DNA of 39,274 nt from a virus (lineage: Duplodnaviria; Caudoviricetes): the IMG/VR virus record IMGVR_UViG_3300030392_001562, positions 1 to 39,274 of that record; one strand, given 5' to 3'. Shown here piece after piece: positions 8,155 through 18,571 of the stretch. The notes under the pieces were generated by a model. It was given only the letters and a program-made list of their open reading frames with translations, was not told where the DNA came from and searched no databases. A program made the translations under genes and the position numbers. Position 1 is the stretch's first letter, and each line of letters begins with the position of its first letter.

Positions 8155-9012
8155 ATGGCAGAGGAAGGGACTACAATGGTCGTAGGCGAGGAGCGGGCTG
8201 ACGATATACTGGATATCTCAGATGAGGACTTCGAGGCTATTTTGGCTTCGGAGACCGGTTCTGTGGAAGAGGCTGTCGAGGAAGAGACCGAGCAAGGAGA
8301 CGGCGCGGCTCTTAGGGGCGAGATAGTCAGAGACGCAGAGAGCGTAAGCGGCGTAACCGATGCCATTAAGACGGGTATGGCTGAAGTTCTGGGTGCTGTT
8401 AAGTCTGCATCCGAGGACTCGAAGCCAACGCCCGCTCCCGGTGACGGGATGGCGGCCCTGCGAGATCATGTTACCAAACAGATCATGACTTCTCAGGGAT
8501 TGTCTGAAGAGGGCGCAAGGTTCATGACGGAATCCGTTATGGCCGGAATACAGCCTGTAGTTCAGGTTTTTCAGCGTCAGATACAACAGCTTAATGGCAC
8601 GATTACAAATCTGCGTTCAGAAAATACGCTTGGAGATCTTGACCGTAAAATTTCGGGCTGGCTCGACGGGCATAGAATTACGGACGAAGGCGAGCGCGAG
8701 GATATCGCGGACATTGCGAAATTTCGGGCACACAGACTAAAGGGCAATGACGTGAAAGAGGCTGATATTAGGTCCGAGATCACGAAGCTCGCAAATCGTT
8801 CTGTGAAAACCTCGGTTTCTATGGACAAAAAGGAAACCAGGGAGACAAATGATCGCGCCAGAAAGACACCTCCTCCAGGGGGTGATGGCTTATCGGGTCA
8901 AGATGATCTGATTTCTAAGGTGAATGCATCGACATCTTCCAGAGATACGATTGGAGGAGATCGATTCCAGCGCCTTGCGGCTTCGTTAATATCGGGTGGC
9001 GGTGGTAGATAA
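8155..9012 (+). CDS. Capsid scaffolding protein
   Basis: Acidic N-terminus, helical middle, PPPGG near the C-terminus; lies between portal and capsid; AAGGAG RBS. Confidence 0.7.
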   Translation: MAEEGTTMVVGEERADDILDISDEDFEAILASETGSVEEAVEEETEQGDGAALRGEIVRDAESVSGVTDAIKTGMAEVLGAVKSASEDSKPTPAPGDGMAALRDHVTKQIMTSQGLSEEGARFMTESVMAGIQPVVQVFQRQIQQLNGTITNLRSENTLGDLDRKISGWLDGHRITDEGEREDIADIAKFRAHRLKGNDVKEADIRSEITKLANRSVKTSVSMDKKETRETNDRARKTPPPGGDGLSGQDDLISKVNASTSSRDTIGGDRFQRLAASLISGGGGR

Positions 9013-9046
9013 ACCCTGTCGCCTGTTTGATTGAAAGGAAAGTCTA

Positions 9047-10267
9047 GTGCCTCAAACATTAGGAACACCAGCATATACCACTTCAACTGCGAGTGGTATA
9101 GATCGGGCGCTGAAGGAACTCTATGCCCCGGCAATGAATGAGCTTCCCAATCAGAAGCGCATTCTCTTGTCGCGGATGCAGAGGGATGCTTCGCGCAAGT
9201 CTTTGGTTGGTCGGAGATTTCTGGAGCCGATCAATATTCGTGGATCTGCCGGATTGGGTGCGCGTGCCGCGACGGGTGGAACTCCAACATCCGGTTCGCA
9301 GACCGTGATCGAAGCCTTGATCCCTCCAGTGTATCTCTACGGGTCGGTTGTTTTTAACCTTCCAGCCATCAAGGCGTCTCGAAACGATGCCGGGGCTTTT
9401 GCCCGCGTGATGGACGTGGAGATGAATGGTATCCGGCGTGATGCACAGAACGATGAGAACCGTCAGTACCACGGTGACGGTATTGGTTCTATCGAGACCG
9501 TGAATGGTGCGGTGGCGGCTGCGGTAACAACCATCGTTCTGGACAGTAACAAGGGTATTGCTGTCGGTATGGTTTTGGATGCATACTCGAACTCCGGAGG
9601 CGCTCCCAGTACGACGAGATCGATGGACTCGAAGACTGTTTCCAGTAAATCCGGAACGACCACGATTATCATGACGGCTGCCGTGGGCGCCACGATTGCG
9701 GATGACTCGCATCTGGTCCGAGAGGACAACAGGGGCAACGAGGTAACCGGAGTCAAGGCGGCTTTGGCAACGTCTGGAACCTACATGGGTATCGCGAAGG
9801 GGACTTTTCCCGAGTGGGAAGGTTCTAATGTGGCAGCTGCGGGCGCGGCCATTTCTGATTCGCTCCTCATGCAGGGAATCCTTTTGGCTGAAGAGAACGG
9901 CGAGGGAGATGTGGATGTGGTGATAGGCGACTATTTCCAGTTTCGTACCTACGGTCAGAGCCTTACGTCTGATCGGCGTTACGGAACGTCCATGCAGATG
10001 CCGTCAGGCTTTAAGGGTATTGAGATTGCGAACGCGGTGTTTCTCGCGGATCGAGATGCCGAAGCAGGCGTTGTAACTTGTTTCGACATGTCAACCTGGA
10101 TCATGTTGGAGATGACGGATGGTTGGGAGTGGGACGATACGGATGGTTCCGTTTTAAGCAGACAAGAGGGCGGTGTGACCTACGAGGGTATTCTGGCAAA
10201 GTATGAAGAGATGTATTGTCGGGACCCGAAGGCAAACTGCCAGATCACGGGTCTGGCTACGAGCTAG
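9047..10267 (+). CDS. Major capsid protein (HK97 fold inferred)
   Basis: 406 aa after scaffold; ALKELY.P..ASRNDAGAFARVMDVEM..DENRQYHGDG.G and C-terminal CRDPKANCQITGL pattern of phage capsid proteins. Confidence 0.85.
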   Translation: MPQTLGTPAYTTSTASGIDRALKELYAPAMNELPNQKRILLSRMQRDASRKSLVGRRFLEPINIRGSAGLGARAATGGTPTSGSQTVIEALIPPVYLYGSVVFNLPAIKASRNDAGAFARVMDVEMNGIRRDAQNDENRQYHGDGIGSIETVNGAVAAAVTTIVLDSNKGIAVGMVLDAYSNSGGAPSTTRSMDSKTVSSKSGTTTIIMTAAVGATIADDSHLVREDNRGNEVTGVKAALATSGTYMGIAKGTFPEWEGSNVAAAGAAISDSLLMQGILLAEENGEGDVDVVIGDYFQFRTYGQSLTSDRRYGTSMQMPSGFKGIEIANAVFLADRDAEAGVVTCFDMSTWIMLEMTDGWEWDDTDGSVLSRQEGGVTYEGILAKYEEMYCRDPKANCQITGLATS

Positions 10268-10283
10268 ATTCCAGGCTGAGTAT

Positions 10284-10322
10284 CCCCTGGCTCTAGTAAT
10301 AGTATATTACTAGGGTCGGGGG
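10284..10322 (+). other. Long RNA hairpin after the capsid gene (stabiliser or processing site)
   Basis: CCCCUGGCUCUAGUAAUA-GUA-UAUUACUAGGGUCGGGGG, about 18 bp with 3 G-U pairs, no U-tract. Confidence 0.65.
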
Positions 10323-10346
10323 GGTAAACTGTGGAGTGGCGAACCA

Positions 10347-10988
10347 ATGGCTATAAGAGACAGGAATACAGAACAGAAGCGCCTTCAGCGCTTTATACCG
10401 TTTTACAACTTTGTTGGAAGTCAGGTAACAGGATCGTCTACTGTTCTTGATGGTATGGGAACCGGTGCGCCGGTTTTCAATGAAGTCAGTAACTTCGGTT
10501 ACGCTGGAATTTCATTGGAAGTTGGAGACATGCTCGCGTGTCTTGATTTTGAAACTTTGGCGATTGCTGATGTTTCTGAAGATATTGGTGTTCGCGTCAG
10601 GTGGACCGAGGATGTTGGATCTCCTGCGGCTACGGACGATGTGACTTTTGTTGTTCTCTACGATCAGGCGGATAGTGGTGAATCGATGGTAGAACCAGCA
10701 ACGGCTCTGGACACTACGATTGCAAACCACGAACCTGCCGAGACCACCGGCTTGCGTTTGCGCCGGAGTGCACGTGGCATTATTGACGCGGGTTCTTTTG
10801 ATGCGGAAGCGAAAGAGGGTGTTCTGGGTTGGCGGATTGAGGCGGACGTAGTCAACGGTTACACGGCTGGAGAGATTACTTTTCTGGCTCTGGAAATCGA
10901 TTATGTTCCTCATATATTTGCTAAATCGGAAGAGAACATGAATACGCATATCAGGCAGACCAATAGTGAGGCAACCTGGGTTGCGTAA
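10347..10988 (+). CDS. Putative virion (capsid accessory) protein
   Basis: 213 aa, beta-rich, directly after the capsid gene; GGAG RBS. Confidence 0.55.
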   Translation: MAIRDRNTEQKRLQRFIPFYNFVGSQVTGSSTVLDGMGTGAPVFNEVSNFGYAGISLEVGDMLACLDFETLAIADVSEDIGVRVRWTEDVGSPAATDDVTFVVLYDQADSGESMVEPATALDTTIANHEPAETTGLRLRRSARGIIDAGSFDAEAKEGVLGWRIEADVVNGYTAGEITFLALEIDYVPHIFAKSEENMNTHIRQTNSEATWVA

Positions 10989-11014
10989 TCAGTAACAGAT
11001 TCACAAGAGAGATG

Positions 11015-11046
11015 ATGGGGTGGGGGCAAATCCCCCACCCCATTTT
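11015..11046 (+). terminator. Intrinsic terminator after the head genes
   Basis: ATGGGGTGGGGG-CAAAT-CCCCCACCCCAT, perfect 12-bp stem, followed by a short T-run. Confidence 0.7.
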
Positions 11047-11064
11047 GAAACAGAGGGGACAAAC

Positions 11065-12075
11065 ATGAAATTCTGCCAGATACTTGCTACCACGAAGCTG
11101 TGTCACATGGCGAACGAAGAGATTGCTGCGAGGCAGTTTCATACAGCACATCTGAACTGGGGCAAGGTCTTTCGTGGGGAAGTAAAAAGAGTATGGGACC
11201 CGCGATTTGATCCAAACGATTATGAAGTTATTCATGCTCAACTTACCGGCGATACGCTGGATGCGGTTAGAGAGATCCGAAGACGAATCACGGGTAACAC
11301 TCTGCTCGTTGTCAATCCTGATTACAGCATTGACTCCTGGAATATTTACGGGCATCACATAGAAACGATCTTCGATGTCCTTAACTGCGCGGATATTATT
11401 TTTGGCCAATGTTATGCGACGGTAGAGTTTTTACGGGCGCAGATGCGGGATCGGGAGATATATTATTGTCCGCATCCAGTAGATACACGTTGGCTTGCGA
11501 ATCACGCGAAGACTTATTCGAGTCGATCAAAAGAGGACGTGATTATAGCCGTCCACAGAGACAACGAGAGGTTTACTCCGCATTGGGTGCTCAGGGGATC
11601 GAAACTGGAGAATGTGCAAAAGCTGGTAACGCACATGGTAGGATGGAATGGGGAAAGCACGGATCTATCTCACAAGATTTACGATCATGTTTTTCCGAGA
11701 TTGACAAACCCGGAAGTCATCGACAAGCTGTATCGGAACGCGTTTTGCATAATCGATCATTACAGTTACAGGGTGCAGGGCCGGACAGCCATGGAGGCGG
11801 CGGGTCTTGGTGTCCCCTATTTCGCATGGGATACTTGTGATGTTGCGGCTTACTGTTATCCGGAGCTGGTTGCGCGGCCTGGTGATTTAGGGCATCATAC
11901 GGCGATGCTTGAAGACCTTATCAATGATGTGGATTTTGCAGCTGAAGTATCAGCTTCTGCAAAGGAAAAAATAGAGTTCTTCGGCTTTGAGGAGTGCGAG
12001 AAACGTTTCAGGGGAATGATAGATGCCCACCAAGGTAAAGATTCTTCAGGAAGCAACAACGGATCTCCAGCGTAA
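11065..12075 (+). CDS. Glycosyltransferase-like protein (GT-B / GT4-like)
   Basis: IYYCPHPVDT linker and LYRNAFCII..QGRTAMEAAGLGVPYFAWD..LEDLINDVDF resemble the GT4 nucleotide-sugar-binding half; start ATG 11065 after GAGGGG. Confidence 0.7.
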   Translation: MKFCQILATTKLCHMANEEIAARQFHTAHLNWGKVFRGEVKRVWDPRFDPNDYEVIHAQLTGDTLDAVREIRRRITGNTLLVVNPDYSIDSWNIYGHHIETIFDVLNCADIIFGQCYATVEFLRAQMRDREIYYCPHPVDTRWLANHAKTYSSRSKEDVIIAVHRDNERFTPHWVLRGSKLENVQKLVTHMVGWNGESTDLSHKIYDHVFPRLTNPEVIDKLYRNAFCIIDHYSYRVQGRTAMEAAGLGVPYFAWDTCDVAAYCYPELVARPGDLGHHTAMLEDLINDVDFAAEVSASAKEKIEFFGFEECEKRFRGMIDAHQGKDSSGSNNGSPA

Positions 12076-12646
12076 CGAATGGGTTGAGCGTCAGATAGGT
12101 GTTGTGGGTTACAAGAATTTGAAAATGTATCCCAGACCCATTCCTGGTTCGGCGTTTGTTTCTATGTTGAAGGAATTTGATTCAGATTTGTCTGTTTGGT
12201 GGAACCGCATAATTCACAAGTGGCAGATTTTTTGGAATGGCAAGAAGGTTCATACAGTTCAGAATGAAGATGGATCTTATCGTCCGCTGGATGAGCGGGT
12301 GATTAGAATGTTGCGAAGATGTGATTCCCGTAAACGTGGTAACGAATGGGTGCTGGAAATTCTTCAGGAGAACGAAGAAGTAGAGGCATCTGATGAACGT
12401 AGTTTTCGTAGTGAGGTAAAAAATCGTTCGGGTGATGTGGCTAAGTGGATGGCCAAGGAGTCCGATAAGACTATTGGGGCGATTAATCTTCCAAAGGAAG
12501 ATTTGGAAGTTCCAGACGAAGATGTTCTTGAGCAGCAACGGCAGGCGCGTAACGCGCACAATCGGAGTTGCCGTCCAAATTACAAGCGCAGGGAGATGCC
12601 CTACTTTGACATTGCTGATATAATGTCGAAAAATACGAGTATGTAG
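12023..12646 (+). CDS. Hypothetical phage protein
   Basis: 207-aa ORF with GGGG RBS; LKEFDSDLSVWWN..QNEDGSYRPLDER. Confidence 0.7.
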   Translation: MPTKVKILQEATTDLQRNEWVERQIGVVGYKNLKMYPRPIPGSAFVSMLKEFDSDLSVWWNRIIHKWQIFWNGKKVHTVQNEDGSYRPLDERVIRMLRRCDSRKRGNEWVLEILQENEEVEASDERSFRSEVKNRSGDVAKWMAKESDKTIGAINLPKEDLEVPDEDVLEQQRQARNAHNRSCRPNYKRREMPYFDIADIMSKNTSM

Positions 12647-12679
12647 GAAACGTCAGATCACACGATGGGAGTGTAATCA

Positions 12680-13000
12680 ATGCCTTTGATTCCTGTTGAA
12701 ACTGTAACTCTGGCCGAGCACGCCGGACAGGATGCCGTTGCTGGGCTAACGGCTTTTAAGGGTGTCATTCTGAACTCTACGGCTGGAGTAGGTAAACTTA
12801 CTTTATATAAGGGTGATAATGCGTCAGGAACTGTTATCGCTATCTTGACCACGACAGCCGAAAAACCCACAGAGATTTACATGCTTCCAGCTGATTACGT
12901 AGAGCATTGTCCGTTGGGTATTTTCTATGCTCTTGTTGATTCTACTGGAGTATCAACGGCCTATTTGAAGCACATACCCAGACCCACACCGACACAGTAA
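12680..13000 (+). CDS. Small putative virion protein
   Basis: 106 aa, beta-rich; GGGAG RBS; within the structural module. Confidence 0.6.
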   Translation: MPLIPVETVTLAEHAGQDAVAGLTAFKGVILNSTAGVGKLTLYKGDNASGTVIAILTTTAEKPTEIYMLPADYVEHCPLGIFYALVDSTGVSTAYLKHIPRPTPTQ

Positions 13001-13899
13001 TGGAAATTCCCAGCCAAATGATGGAGTCGTTACGCGACTACCTGGATGAGCCTACGGAAGGTTACTGGAGTAATCGGGAGCTGGCAAACAGGCTTTTTCA
13101 GTCCAGTAACAGGATTGTAAGAAAAATTGGCGGGATAGATCCCACGTTTTTCCTGAGAACCACAAATCTTACGTTTGTGGCCGATCAACCGCTTTATGAT
13201 CTTCCACGTAACGCCCGTTTGGGCGCAAGATGGGATCACGCGCTTAAAAAGAACTCCAATGGAGAGGTCCAGGGTTTTGTTTATGAATCTCAGGTTCGGG
13301 ATAGAGTTATAAATGACTTTGTGAAGGTTCCGGCTACAAATTCGGCGTTCAGGCTTTCATTACAGGATCAGCAGGCTCGGATAACGCCTGCCCCAACTAC
13401 GGCTTTGTCTAATGCGGTAGAGATTGCATACGTTCCAGTATTTGGAGATTTACACGAGGGATCGGTATCGGCGGCCACGAGCACTACGTTGACTTTCCCC
13501 GCAACGCCTGATGTTTACCGAACGGGATCACCCTCTGTTTATGATGATGATTACATAGGCATGTTACTTGTAATCACGGCTGGTACGGGTGTTGGCCAAA
13601 TCAGAGAGATTACTGATTATACTGGCGGAACCACATTACGGGCCACGGTTGAGTCTTGGGGTACCACGCCGGACACAACAAGCACGTATGCGGTAGTCTC
13701 TCCTGTTCCGGACGATTTTCATGATGTTGTGGTGTTGGACGCGGCTGTTGCTGCGGCTGCCAAGTCAACCAAGCGCAGGTTTAGTGAGATGCTTGCGTCT
13801 CTGGAATTTAGATCTCAAGAGATGTATGATTGGGTAGGAGAGAGGCAGACGTTCCGTAACCTAATTGTTATTCCGGATCTTTCAGCGGGAGTTTTCTAG
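13000..13899 (+). CDS. Head-tail adaptor (tail tubular A-like) with an inserted beta domain
   Basis: LRDYLDEP..WSNRELANRL start, YDLP, PVPDDFHDVVV; inserted DDYIGMLLVITAGTGVGQIREITDY..WGTTPDTTSTY module. Confidence 0.65.
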   Translation: MEIPSQMMESLRDYLDEPTEGYWSNRELANRLFQSSNRIVRKIGGIDPTFFLRTTNLTFVADQPLYDLPRNARLGARWDHALKKNSNGEVQGFVYESQVRDRVINDFVKVPATNSAFRLSLQDQQARITPAPTTALSNAVEIAYVPVFGDLHEGSVSAATSTTLTFPATPDVYRTGSPSVYDDDYIGMLLVITAGTGVGQIREITDYTGGTTLRATVESWGTTPDTTSTYAVVSPVPDDFHDVVVLDAAVAAAAKSTKRRFSEMLASLEFRSQEMYDWVGERQTFRNLIVIPDLSAGVF

Positions 13900-13900
13900 T

Positions 13901-14101
13901 ATGGCTAAAGCAAAGAAGGCAAGTGCAAAAAAAAAGCCGGAAGACATTCGTAACCGGATTGCGTTTCTGGGTGCTGATCCCATCGCAAAGATACTTGTCG
14001 GTGAGCCAGTGATGGCTCATTTGGATTTAACACCGGATGCCGGTGCGCCAGGTGTTGGTGATGTGATCATAGAGTTCAGGATGGTTGGGAGAGTAAATTA
14101 A
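13901..14101 (+). CDS. Small hypothetical protein
   Basis: 66 aa from ATG 13901; fills the gap between adaptor and nozzle genes. Confidence 0.6.
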   Translation: MAKAKKASAKKKPEDIRNRIAFLGADPIAKILVGEPVMAHLDLTPDAGAPGVGDVIIEFRMVGRVN

Positions 14102-15768
14102 TGCCCATAATGGGCGACGGTGAGTTCTTCTTTGAGTTACGGAATATGTATGGAGGTATTCGACAGGACCTCCACGACATGTCTCCGCGCTATACGTGTA
14201 TAAAAAACTTTCATCATGCGCGATTGAGGGCCTTGACTAAAAATACCGGCTACCGCGTCTTGAATACGGGTGGGGCTATCAGTGGTTCTCCTGCGTTTGA
14301 TGCGGGTTTATATGCCAGATTTAACAATAATACCCATAAGGTTTATGCTCTGGCTGGAACGGACTCGTACATCTTTAATACAGACACGTTCGAGTTTGAC
14401 GCGCAGTCTCGGACGTTGACTCAGAGTGACAATGCTGATATTCAGCTTTTCGCTAATGAGGTTTACATAGCCAATGGAACGCAATTTGAAAAACATGATG
14501 GAGCTTCTACTTGGGCTGCTGTTGACGGAGCAAGAGAAACAGATGACGGGTCGATAGAATTTCCATCACCCATTGGCACTATGTTGGCGCAACATGCGAA
14601 CAGGCTTATTGTGTCTGGTAGACCATCGCGCCCTTACGAATTTTACTTTTCGGGAGTTCGCGATGGCGGTTCGTGGGATGTAACAAATAACAAAATTATT
14701 GTGTCTGGGACAGAAGGCGAGTTGATAACGGCTATTCATGAGCTTGGAGACTTTCTTTTTGTAGGAACACGAACCGGAATGTGGCTTTACCAGCAGTCAT
14801 CTGCAAACCCTAAAGATTGGGATCACATTACTTTGTCTGAAGATATTGGGCCAATTAATGATAGATCCTTATTTGTAATTTCCAGACACGGTTTAAAGAT
14901 ATTGTGTTTCTGGACGGATGACGGCCCCGCGTGCGCTTATGCGAGAGGTCATGGTTCTGGGGGTTCTGTGGGCTGGAAACCGCTCTGGGAGCCTATTGTA
15001 GAATCTTTGCGCGGAAAAGAGATAGATCAGGTCCCAGCCCTTGAAGAGAACAGGTTTGGAGACGTGAGTGGTGGTTACCAGCCATTTACAGATCAGGCGT
15101 GTTTTGGTGTTCGGGAGAAGGGTGCATCTGAACGCAATGGAACGATCAGGTTCGATGTGCGTGGCTTGATTGCCTATATAAAAGGCGACTTGGATCAGCC
15201 GGTGGTTTGTTTCAGGGATAACTCGGTTACTGGTGTTTATCCTTGCGATATTCTATTTCCCGTCTTTGTTGATAAGAATGGCCTGTTGGATGTAACTGGA
15301 AGGCCGCGTTTATTTGGCGGGCGCCAGGGAACGATTTATGAACTAGATCCTCCAGATTACTTTACGGATAATGGAAGCGCGATTCCCGTAAACGTTATTA
15401 GGGGTGGGTTTGCGGGGCAAGAGGAGGGTATTGGGGGTTTTAACAAGGTTTGTCAAAGATCCAGAGTCAGAGGGACGCAATCATCGAACTATTCCGTAAC
15501 TGTTACTGTGATATCTGATGGAGGCGCAGAGGCGGATTCTGATGCCGTTAGTCTGGATGCGGGACTTGGCGCGTGGGGTGATGGTGGTGAGTGGACCGCA
15601 AAAGCTTCGGAGGGTCGCTGGAATGAGAGTCAGGTAAAATATGGTCGTGGTAACCACGGTGTTCACGGTCAAAATTTCAATGTTCAGATTCAGGATAATG
15701 GTTCCATAAATTCGGATTTCGAGTTGATTGAAATCTCGGTTGCGGGTCTTATCTACGAAAGATTGTAA
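14101..15768 (+). CDS. Tail nozzle / head-stabilisation protein (P22 gp10 / tail tubular B-like)
   Basis: 555 aa with propeller-like repeats (VYIANG, HANRLIVSG..FYFS, GELITAIHELGDFLFVG, EDIGPINDRS); follows the adaptor. Confidence 0.7.
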   Translation: MPIMGDGEFFFELRNMYGGIRQDLHDMSPRYTCIKNFHHARLRALTKNTGYRVLNTGGAISGSPAFDAGLYARFNNNTHKVYALAGTDSYIFNTDTFEFDAQSRTLTQSDNADIQLFANEVYIANGTQFEKHDGASTWAAVDGARETDDGSIEFPSPIGTMLAQHANRLIVSGRPSRPYEFYFSGVRDGGSWDVTNNKIIVSGTEGELITAIHELGDFLFVGTRTGMWLYQQSSANPKDWDHITLSEDIGPINDRSLFVISRHGLKILCFWTDDGPACAYARGHGSGGSVGWKPLWEPIVESLRGKEIDQVPALEENRFGDVSGGYQPFTDQACFGVREKGASERNGTIRFDVRGLIAYIKGDLDQPVVCFRDNSVTGVYPCDILFPVFVDKNGLLDVTGRPRLFGGRQGTIYELDPPDYFTDNGSAIPVNVIRGGFAGQEEGIGGFNKVCQRSRVRGTQSSNYSVTVTVISDGGAEADSDAVSLDAGLGAWGDGGEWTAKASEGRWNESQVKYGRGNHGVHGQNFNVQIQDNGSINSDFELIEISVAGLIYERL

Positions 15769-15769
15769 A

Positions 15770-18388
15770 ATGCCAAATCTATCGGTTACTGAGCTTGGCG
15801 CGAACGGAGTTTCGCACGATTGGAACCATGTTCTTCAGGTTATTAATGACGTGAAGACGTGGGCAAATACAACCAAATTGGATTATGGGAATATGCAGGA
15901 TAATGGGCTGCGGGCCGATAATCTGCGAACGCACTCCAGAGTTGAGGTTGGGCGTATTTATGTCCATAATAATTCAGGTGGTACAATTTCCCTGAATGAT
16001 ATTTGTTATTTTACTGGAACAGCAACTGTATCGTCTGTAAATATTCCCACCATTGGAAAGGCTATAAGCACTGCCGCTCTCGCAACAAATTTTCCAGGTA
16101 TGTGTATTGCTACGGGGGCTATTGCCAATGCTGGAGAGGGGACCGTTGCAAGGGCGTATGAAGTAACAGGATTGAATACATCTGGTGGAACTGTTGGATA
16201 TCCGGTTTATCTTAATACTACGGCTGGCCAATGGACGCTTACCCGTCCTACTGGAGGTCAATTTGTTCAGGTAGTCGGATTTGTGACAGTTGTTCATGCT
16301 TCCACGGGGCGCATTGTGTTGGCTCCGGGGCCAATAGAAGAACACCTGTTTGGTGCGGCTGGTGGATTGGGAATCTGGTTGGATGCTGATCATGACTCTG
16401 GGATTCATGCGACAGCTGACGGAGTTGTTAAGCTTAAGATCGAGGGGACCGACAGGTGGGAAAGTGACACTAGTGGTCATTGGATGCCCACGAGTGACGG
16501 TGGTGTGAATATTGGTCAAACCGCTAAGCGAGTGGGGACTGTTTTTACAAGTGCGCTAGAGATAAAGACTACCGATGCGGCTGCTGGATCTGTCAAGAAT
16601 ATCCTGGAATTAGAGTGGGACCCATCAGATGATAGTAATCTAACGGATAACACCTCTGGTGTTGGCATCGACTTTACAATGCCAGAAGACGACGATACCC
16701 AATCTATATATGCACGAATTGCTGGGATGGTAGCTAACGATGCTGCTAATGCTTGGGGCGGTATACTTAGGTTTTCAGTAGCTGACGATGCTGATGGATC
16801 GTTAGATCCAGCTGTAGATATTGATATTGCATCTATGCGCCCTTATACTTCAGATAAACTAGCTCTTGGTGATGCTAATCAAATGTGGGCGGATTTGTTC
16901 CTTGCGGATGGCGGTGTTCTCAACTTTAACAATGGCAATGTTACTGTAACTCATGCTTCTGGGGCGCTCACAAACTCTGGGACATTGACCAACACTGGTC
17001 TGGTTACGGCAACGGCTGGTATTACATCAGGCAGCGCCATAAAAAGTGACACTGACAGCACAGACGACCTAGGTGCTACTGATGTGAGGTGGGCCAATAT
17101 CTACACAGATAACATTGGAGATACTGGTCAGGATCTGACTGTGTTAGCTACTACGGTCAATCTGCCTAGTGGCACCGTTTTAGACTTCAACTCAGCAAAT
17201 GTCACCGTCACGCACTCTTCAGGTAAGCTCGCACTTGCGGGCGGTCTAGACATTGGAGTGAATGATACGGGATATGACGTTAAATTCTTTGGTGCTACTG
17301 CGAGCAAGTTCTGGGAGTGGGATGAATCAGAAGATCAGATGAACGTGGCTGGCAGTGTAGATGTGAATGGAAGTACGCAGTTAGATGGCACTCTAACTGT
17401 GGGTGTGGATGGCACGGGATATGATGTCAAGCTGTTCGGTGATACTGCTGGAAAATATGCGCTGTGGGACGAATCAGCTGATACATTGCTTTTCCCCGAT
17501 AGCACACCGATTACGATGGGAACAGGATCGGATGCTACGATCCAATTTGACGCCACCAATCTCGTCTACAACACAGCAGGGTATCACAGTTTCACAGGTG
17601 GTGATCTGCATGTCGGCAATGGTCAAGGGGTGGTCATTGGGCATACAGCACAGGTGACCTCGGCAGGAGTTGTGCCAGAGTTGCAAATCCTCGGTACAAC
17701 ACATGGCGTAGATGGCTCGATGATACTGGGGACATACAGTACCAGCAATACGGCTCAATCCACATTACAGTTTGTGAAGAGTTGTCAAGCTACATTTGGA
17801 GCACTCGACCATGATACCCGCCCCGCAGACACAGAGGGTGTTGGCCAAATATCGTGGCAGGTAGATGATGGGGAAAACCTTGACCATGCTTGTTGTATGA
17901 TGCGTGTGACTATGGATGGATCACCCGGTGCGGATTCTGTCCCGGGGCGATGGAGTATCTGGGTTACTACTGGCGGTGCAAATACCCCTGTAGAAAAATT
18001 GCGAGTGAACTCAGGAGGTAATACATATACTAACGATGGAACTGTAAACTCTCTTTCAGATATAACATCTAAAAAGGACGTTGCAAATTTCACCGATGGC
18101 CTTGCAGTGATTAATCGGCTGCGGCCTATCAAGTTCAAGTATAATGGCAAGTATGGAATGGGGGCGGATGATGGAGTGGAGCGCGTTGGCTTCAGCGCAC
18201 AAGAGGTTCAAGAAGTCGCGCCGTATTTGGTTGACCAGAGCAGTGAGAACACTAATAAAAGCTCTGACATAAATGCTCCAGAGACTAGAGTTCCTGTGCT
18301 GGGGATGAGTCAGGGCAGACTCATTCCTGTTATGGTCAACGCATTCAAAGAGGTCGAGGCGAGACTCGCAGCACTGGAGGCAGCATGA
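15770..18388 (+). CDS. Tail fibre with C-terminal peptidase S74 intramolecular chaperone
   Basis: G/T/A-rich repeats; C-terminal SDITSKKDV..INRLRPIKFKY..GFSAQEVQEVAPYLV..LIPVMVNAFKEVEARLAALE. Confidence 0.9.
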   Translation: MPNLSVTELGANGVSHDWNHVLQVINDVKTWANTTKLDYGNMQDNGLRADNLRTHSRVEVGRIYVHNNSGGTISLNDICYFTGTATVSSVNIPTIGKAISTAALATNFPGMCIATGAIANAGEGTVARAYEVTGLNTSGGTVGYPVYLNTTAGQWTLTRPTGGQFVQVVGFVTVVHASTGRIVLAPGPIEEHLFGAAGGLGIWLDADHDSGIHATADGVVKLKIEGTDRWESDTSGHWMPTSDGGVNIGQTAKRVGTVFTSALEIKTTDAAAGSVKNILELEWDPSDDSNLTDNTSGVGIDFTMPEDDDTQSIYARIAGMVANDAANAWGGILRFSVADDADGSLDPAVDIDIASMRPYTSDKLALGDANQMWADLFLADGGVLNFNNGNVTVTHASGALTNSGTLTNTGLVTATAGITSGSAIKSDTDSTDDLGATDVRWANIYTDNIGDTGQDLTVLATTVNLPSGTVLDFNSANVTVTHSSGKLALAGGLDIGVNDTGYDVKFFGATASKFWEWDESEDQMNVAGSVDVNGSTQLDGTLTVGVDGTGYDVKLFGDTAGKYALWDESADTLLFPDSTPITMGTGSDATIQFDATNLVYNTAGYHSFTGGDLHVGNGQGVVIGHTAQVTSAGVVPELQILGTTHGVDGSMILGTYSTSNTAQSTLQFVKSCQATFGALDHDTRPADTEGVGQISWQVDDGENLDHACCMMRVTMDGSPGADSVPGRWSIWVTTGGANTPVEKLRVNSGGNTYTNDGTVNSLSDITSKKDVANFTDGLAVINRLRPIKFKYNGKYGMGADDGVERVGFSAQEVQEVAPYLVDQSSENTNKSSDINAPETRVPVLGMSQGRLIPVMVNAFKEVEARLAALEAA

Positions 18389-18570
18389 ACAAGATACCGA
18401 GCATAGAGGAGCTGGACGAGAAGATACAGCAGAGAGTGAACGTCCTCGCAGACCATGATCCGCAAATCTGTACACTGCGCGGTGCGAAGGAGATGCTGCT
18501 GGCCCTGCATGATAACGGGCAGGAGGGCAAGACTAAAACCGAGAAAATCTCAGCAGGAGAGGGAAATTAA
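18385..18570 (+). CDS. Small protein after the tail fibre
   Basis: ATGA overlap; GGAGG RBS; 61 aa. Confidence 0.65.
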   Translation: MNKIPSIEELDEKIQQRVNVLADHDPQICTLRGAKEMLLALHDNGQEGKTKTEKISAGEGN

Positions 18571-18571
18571 T

